Source: Antricoccus sp.
GTDB taxonomy: Bacteria; Actinomycetota; Actinomycetes; Mycobacteriales; Antricoccaceae
Assembly: GCA_039923595.1 (NCBI GenBank)
Contig: JBDTCL010000038.1
Location: 1-47,979, forward strand
Direction of reading: 5' to 3'
Length of the DNA stretch: 47,979 nucleotides
Part shown: one piece after another, positions 43,339 to 47,979 of the stretch
Layout of the letters: each line of letters opens with the position of its first letter
Numbering within the stretch: the first letter of the stretch is position 1
Position numbers and translations under genes: made by a program
Notes under the pieces: model-generated
Databases searched by the model: none
What the model saw: only the letters and a program-made list of their open reading frames with translations
Told to the model about the DNA's origin: nothing

Positions 43339-43998
43339 CTAGCCCTTGATGCGGTAACCCGAGCCGACGACAGTCTCGATAATGGCCGGCTCGCCGAGTT
43401 TCCGTCGAAGCGTCATCATCGTCACCCGGACGGTTGTGGTGAAAGGATCGGCATTCTCGTCCCACACTCGCTCCAGCAATTCCTCACTTGAAACGACAGC
43501 GCCATCTGAGGACATCAGCACCTCAAGAACGCCGAACTCTTTGCGAGTCAACTCCACATCCCGGCCCGAGCGGCGTACTTCGCGGCGAGAGGAATCAAGG
43601 GTCAAATCTCCGGAGGTCAATACTGGCGGTGATGCCGGATGCGATCGACGCCCTAGCGCGCGCACTCTGGCGGTTAATTCGGCGAAAGCGAACGGTTTCG
43701 CCATGTAGTCGTCGGCACCAAGGGACAGCCCTTCAACACGATCAGCGACAGTGCCGCTGGCGGTCAACATGATGACCCGCGCATTGGAGCCACTATCAGA
43801 CATCCGCTTCAACAGTTCATCCCCCGGGACGCCTGGCAAATCGCGATCGAGGACGACGACGTCGTACGGCGTCAGGGCTGATTTCTCTTGGCCGTCGGTT
43901 CCGTCGTAGGCGACATCTACGGCCATCCCTTCGCGGCGCAAACCTCGAGCGACGGCATCTGCGAGTTGCCTCTCATCTTCGACTACTAACACTCGCAT
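43339..43998 (-). CDS. OmpR-family response regulator (CutR-like)
   Basis: MRVLVVEDE..LRREGMAVDV, LDRDLPG, GADDYMAKPFAF and WDENADPFTTTVRVTMMTLRRKLGEP closely resemble Streptomyces CutR. Confidence 0.93.
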   Translation of the reverse strand: MRVLVVEDERQLADAVARGLRREGMAVDVAYDGTDGQEKSALTPYDVVVLDRDLPGVPGDELLKRMSDSGSNARVIMLTASGTVADRVEGLSLGADDYMAKPFAFAELTARVRALGRRSHPASPPVLTSGDLTLDSSRREVRRSGRDVELTRKEFGVLEVLMSSDGAVVSSEELLERVWDENADPFTTTVRVTMMTLRRKLGEPAIIETVVGSGYRIKG

Positions 43999-44010
43999 GG
44001 TGCCTCCTCG

Positions 44011-45930
44011 TTAAGCTCTCACATTTGAGTTGCGTCCACGGGATGCGGACACGTCGCGCGGCCCGTGTATACGGGCGTAACACGAGGCTATGTCCTCGGC
44101 GACCGCTTCGGCGGTAAGACCGAACTCTTTTAACACTTCTGTACGAGTTCCGTGTTCAGGAAAATCACAGGAAACACCGTATTGACGGGACGGTAGGAAG
44201 GAACCGGCGTCCGATAACGCTTGGCAAATCGCCGATCCCACACCGCCTTGCCGCAGACCGTCTTCGACTGTTGCGACGAACTGATAGCCGGAAAGCTCCT
44301 CGCACAATCCGCTCGCTACCGGCAGCACCCATCTCGGATCAATCACTGTTGCGCAGATACCGTGCATCGCCAACAGCTCTGCGGCCTCGACGCCCAGTTG
44401 CGCCATCGGCCCGACAGTGACAATCGCGACATCAGCTGCAGCGCCGCGGGTCAAAATATCGAAATCATCCGTTCGCTGAGCCGCTTCAAGGTCTGCGCTC
44501 ACCGTCCCTTTAGACCAACGCAGCACCGTCGGTCCGTCGCCGGTATCGATTGCTTCGCGCAACTCTTCGCGAAGGGTCTGCGCATCTCGAGGAGCAGCAA
44601 TGCGGATGCCGGGCACCGCATTGAGAATCGCCAGATCCCACACGCCATTGTGGCTCGGTCCGTCTGGGCCTGTGATGCCCGCGCGGTCGAGACAAAGAGT
44701 GACCGGTAACCGCTGCAGGGCCACGTCCATCACGAACTGGTCGAAGGCACGATTGAGGAACGTGGCATAGAGCGCTACCACCGGATGTTGGCCGCCCATA
44801 GCCAGCCCGGCAGCGGAGGTCATTGCATGCTGCTCAGCGATGCCGACGTCAAAGGTTCGTTCTGGAAACTGTTCGCTAAATGGCGCGAGGCCGCACGGAT
44901 GGAGCATCGCTGCGGTAATCGCGACCACGTCGTCTCGATCGGCACCGATAGCGGCGAGCTCCTCGGCGAATACATCGGTCCACGACACACTCGGCTTCGC
45001 GAGGATCTGACCAGTCTGCGGCGAAAATGGTCCCGGACCGTGGAAGAGATCCTCCTTATGATTTTCTGCTGGCGCGTAACCAAATCCCTTGTGCGTCTTG
45101 CAATGAACGATCACCGGTCCGCCAAAATCTCGCGCCGCGCGGAGTGCAGTTTCCAAGGCGCCAATCTGGTGGCCGTCGACGGGCCCGACATATTTGATCC
45201 CAAGATCAGCGAACATGCCCTGCGGGGAAACCATGTCTTTGATGCCAGCCTTGATACCGTGCAGCGCATCGTAGACGACCGGACCGATGACCGGTGTGGA
45301 GCTAATCGCGCCGCGCATGCGACCTAACGCGTTCTCGTATTTCGGTTTTAGCCGGAGTTCGGCGAGTTTCGTGGCAATTGCGCCGATGGTCGGTGCGTAT
45401 GAGCGCCCATTGTCGTTAATGACGATGACTACCGGTCGCCGCGCTGCTGCGATGTTGTTGAGCGCTTCCCAGCACATGCCTCCAGTCAGTGCTCCATCAC
45501 CGACAACGGCCACGACTGGACGCGGATCGTTGCTCAGTTCGTGGGCCTTGGAAAGCCCGTCAACGTAGGACAGAGCAGCTGATGCATGTGAGTTCTCAGA
45601 CCAGTCGTGGGCCGATTCGACCGGGCGCGGATAGCCAGATATGCCGCCGCGACTACGTAACTTGTCGAATCCACTTTGACGTCCGGTCAGGATTTTATGG
45701 ACATATGCCTGATGGCCGACGTCAAACACGATCGGTTCATGCGGTGAGTCAAAAACGCGATGCAAAGCGATTGTCAACTCGACGACACCGAGGTTGGGCC
45801 CAAGGTGCCCACCGGTCTTGGCCACCGAACGAATCAGGAACTCCCGGATCTCGGCGGCAAGCAGCGGCAAATCTTGCTCAGAAATCCGACGTAGGTCCGA
45901 TGGTGATCTCACACTCGGCAGCAGCTCCAC
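44011..45930 (-). CDS. dxs: 1-deoxy-D-xylulose-5-phosphate synthase
   Basis: [27 protein letters not shown] motif [18 protein letters not shown] and [13 protein letters not shown]. Confidence 0.97.
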   Translation of the reverse strand: MELLPSVRSPSDLRRISEQDLPLLAAEIREFLIRSVAKTGGHLGPNLGVVELTIALHRVFDSPHEPIVFDVGHQAYVHKILTGRQSGFDKLRSRGGISGYPRPVESAHDWSENSHASAALSYVDGLSKAHELSNDPRPVVAVVGDGALTGGMCWEALNNIAAARRPVVIVINDNGRSYAPTIGAIATKLAELRLKPKYENALGRMRGAISSTPVIGPVVYDALHGIKAGIKDMVSPQGMFADLGIKYVGPVDGHQIGALETALRAARDFGGPVIVHCKTHKGFGYAPAENHKEDLFHGPGPFSPQTGQILAKPSVSWTDVFAEELAAIGADRDDVVAITAAMLHPCGLAPFSEQFPERTFDVGIAEQHAMTSAAGLAMGGQHPVVALYATFLNRAFDQFVMDVALQRLPVTLCLDRAGITGPDGPSHNGVWDLAILNAVPGIRIAAPRDAQTLREELREAIDTGDGPTVLRWSKGTVSADLEAAQRTDDFDILTRGAAADVAIVTVGPMAQLGVEAAELLAMHGICATVIDPRWVLPVASGLCEELSGYQFVATVEDGLRQGGVGSAICQALSDAGSFLPSRQYGVSCDFPEHGTRTEVLKEFGLTAEAVAEDIASCYARIHGPRDVSASRGRNSNVRA

Positions 45931-45975
45931 GTGGTTCCCTTCGTTGCGGCAGTTCGGCCTCCGCGACTGTCCACT

Positions 45976-47205
45976 CTATGCCAATAATGCGACGCACTCG
46001 ACATGATGCGTCATCGGAAACGCGTCGAAGGCTCGGATCTTTTGCAGCGCAAAGCCTAGGTCGGCGAAGATTTGGACGTCCCGTGCCAGCGCGGCTGGGT
46101 CACATGCGACATAGACAACGCAACTCGGCGCCAGCGCGGCGATTGCTGTGCAGACATCTCGTTTAGCTCCCGTGCGCGGCGGGTCGAGCACGACCACATC
46201 AAAAGCGGGCTCACCGTGGTCGGTATTGCCTTGGGCGAGCGCCTGGATACGGCTCTGATTGACCACTGAGTTGCGCAGCTCCACCTGCGGGATATCGGCT
46301 AACTGACGCTGGCCGTCAGATACTGCGCCGCTATCTGCCTCAAGGCCGAGAACGTAGCCGGTCGGTCCGACCCTGATTCCCAGTGCGGCCGCGAACAATC
46401 CCATCCCGCAATACAAGTCGAGGACTCGATCGCCTGGTCTCGGATTAGCCATCGCAAGGACGGTATCGACGAGGGCTTGCGCGGCTTGCGGGTGTACTTG
46501 CCAAAAACCGCCTGCCCGAACCTGCCAATCACGTCCCGCAGCGGTGCGCCGGGTTGATTTCGCTGAACCGGAGACGCTGTGCCATCGTCGCCGGTTGTCC
46601 ATCGAGCGGACCGCACGGTCCTGGTCCAGACCCACATCAACTTCGATCGCACGCGACCCTGACCAGTCCTTGCTGAGGATCGCACCATCGGTTGCTTCGG
46701 GGACTGCAAGAAGGCAATCATCGATCGGGAGTACATCGTGGCTGCGATGTTTGCGCAGACCGGCATGCCCACCGGCGTCTACGGCGTACTGCATTCGAGT
46801 TCGCCATCGCAGATCGGGCGGCTGCAGAGGCTCAACTTCGATAGCCAGTTCGATACCGGCCAGTCGACGTAGTTGTTCACTGATTACCTCGGCCTTGAGC
46901 ATCCGCGAGGTCGCGGGCGCGGCATGCTGCCAATCGCAACCACCACACAGGCCCGGACCGGCGAAACGACATGGCGGTATCACGCGACCGGCATGCGCGA
47001 GCAGGATTTCAATAGCGTCCGCGCGGCAAAATGATCCACCCGCGTCCTCGGTGACCTGGGCCCGAATCCGTTCGCCCGGCAGCGCATGCCGAACAAAAAT
47101 CACCCGACCGTCATACCGGCCGACGCAGTGTCCGCCGTGAGCCACCGCGGTGACCGTGAGCTCCAGGTCACGACCGACCCAGCTTGGACCAGTTAGGGCG
47201 GCGAT
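45976..47205 (-). CDS. TRAM-domain class I SAM-dependent RNA (uracil-5) methyltransferase, RlmD/TrmA family (start uncertain)
   Basis: AHGGHCVGR..FVRHALPGE (TRAM), C..CGGCDWQH (Fe-S), FWQVH, DLYCGMG, DPPRTG, YVACDP and FPMTHHVE motifs. The first canonical start is GTG 47145; the start shown is the candidate ATC. Confidence 0.88.
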   Translation of the reverse strand: MAALTGPSWVGRDLELTVTAVAHGGHCVGRYDGRVIFVRHALPGERIRAQVTEDAGGSFCRADAIEILLAHAGRVIPPCRFAGPGLCGGCDWQHAAPATSRMLKAEVISEQLRRLAGIELAIEVEPLQPPDLRWRTRMQYAVDAGGHAGLRKHRSHDVLPIDDCLLAVPEATDGAILSKDWSGSRAIEVDVGLDQDRAVRSMDNRRRWHSVSGSAKSTRRTAAGRDWQVRAGGFWQVHPQAAQALVDTVLAMANPRPGDRVLDLYCGMGLFAAALGIRVGPTGYVLGLEADSGAVSDGQRQLADIPQVELRNSVVNQSRIQALAQGNTDHGEPAFDVVVLDPPRTGAKRDVCTAIAALAPSCVVYVACDPAALARDVQIFADLGFALQKIRAFDAFPMTHHVECVALLA

Positions 47206-47979
47206 GACGACGCCTCACTCTGAGTCGGCCGCCGTGCCTCGGGCAGTCGCAACTGACCTGGCCGAGACCACACTGGTTCGTCGATGTCGGTCGCGGCACT
47301 CGACTCCAATTGCCACGGCACATTGGTCACCATGACGTTCGGCAAATACAACAGACGAGCCTTCAATCGCAGCGCGCTCTGATTGTGCAGCAGTTGCTCC
47401 CACCAGTGCCCGACGACGTACTCAGGAATAAACACCATGATCAGATCGCGTGGACTTTCTCGACGGATCCGCCGCACATACTCCAAGACCGGCTTGGTCA
47501 CCTCGCGGTACGGCGACTCGACGACGGTTAACGGCAGCGGGATGTCGAATTTGTCCCACTGCTCTTGCAACGCGCGGGTGTCCTTCTCATCGACGTTCAC
47601 CGTCAGCGCGGTCAGGGTGTCCGGCCTCGTTGCGCGAGCGAACAGAAGCGCTCGCAGGGTCGGTTTATGAACTTTGCTTACCAGGACGATGCTGTGCACC
47701 CGGCTCGGTAGCATGCGCTCGCGGTCGTCTTGTTTCACCGTGAGCTCAGTGCCGACCTTCTGGTAGTGACGTTGAATTCCCTTCATCATCACAAATAGCA
47801 AAAGCATCGCCACAGCAGCGATCCAGGCGCCGTGGGTGAACTTGGTAATTATCACAATCACCAACACGGTGGCGGTGAAGATAAAACCGAAGCCGTTAAT
47901 AAGCCGAGCACGACGCATCCGACTGCGTGCACGCTTGTCACGTTCACTGCGCAAATGGCGGTTCCAATGACGCACCATG
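47193..47979 (-). CDS. APC family permease, C-terminal part (KimA-like; 5' end outside window)
   Basis: ITKFTHGAW TM segment and cytoplasmic domain HKPTLRAL..SPYRE..IPEYVVGHWWEQLLHNQSALRLK. Conserved neighbour of this methyltransferase in actinomycetes. Confidence 0.87.
   Translation of the reverse strand, partial: MVRHWNRHLRSERDKRARSRMRRARLINGFGFIFTATVLVIVIITKFTHGAWIAAVAMLLLFVMMKGIQRHYQKVGTELTVKQDDRERMLPSRVHSIVLVSKVHKPTLRALLFARATRPDTLTALTVNVDEKDTRALQEQWDKFDIPLPLTVVESPYREVTKPVLEYVRRIRRESPRDLIMVFIPEYVVGHWWEQLLHNQSALRLKARLLYLPNVMVTNVPWQLESSAATDIDEPVWSRPGQLRLPEARRPTQSEASSSPP

Overview
Chromosomal window from an actinomycete (moderately high GC, roughly 60% by eye). It contains two conserved actinobacterial housekeeping blocks. 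Block 1 is zwf-opcA-pgl / secG-tpiA-pgk-gap / whiA-yvcK-rapZ-uvrC / uvrA / uvrB. Block 2 is msrB / hemQ-hemG(Y)-hemE / DUF3000-rnd / cutRS-like / dxs / RNA methyltransferase / APC permease. Accessory genes lie within and between them: an orphan ABC solute-binding lipoprotein, a GNAT, otsAB, an S9 peptidase, TerC/Alx under a yybP-ykoY Mn2+ riboswitch, glgX-treY, ppk2, a decayed tandem-MerR (TioE-like) pseudogene, an Imm-5-like protein, LigC plus Prim-PolC, and a thiolase. I found no rRNA, tRNA, CRISPR array, transposase or prophage. Strongest non-coding signals: (a) uvrA, uvrB and uvrC each carry the PafBC/RecA-independent promoter TGTCG(G/C)-N10-TANNNT directly before a leaderless start; (b) many other leaderless TANNNT-N6-8-start promoters; (c) the Mn riboswitch has a visible anti-SD stem; (d) treY and the TRAM-domain RNA methyltransferase both encode their conserved N-termini upstream of any ATG/GTG/TTG, each with an in-frame ATC behind an SD-like sequence (candidate non-canonical initiation or recoding, or assembly error). 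I found no clearly novel multi-gene system. All product calls come from motif and family recognition without database searches.
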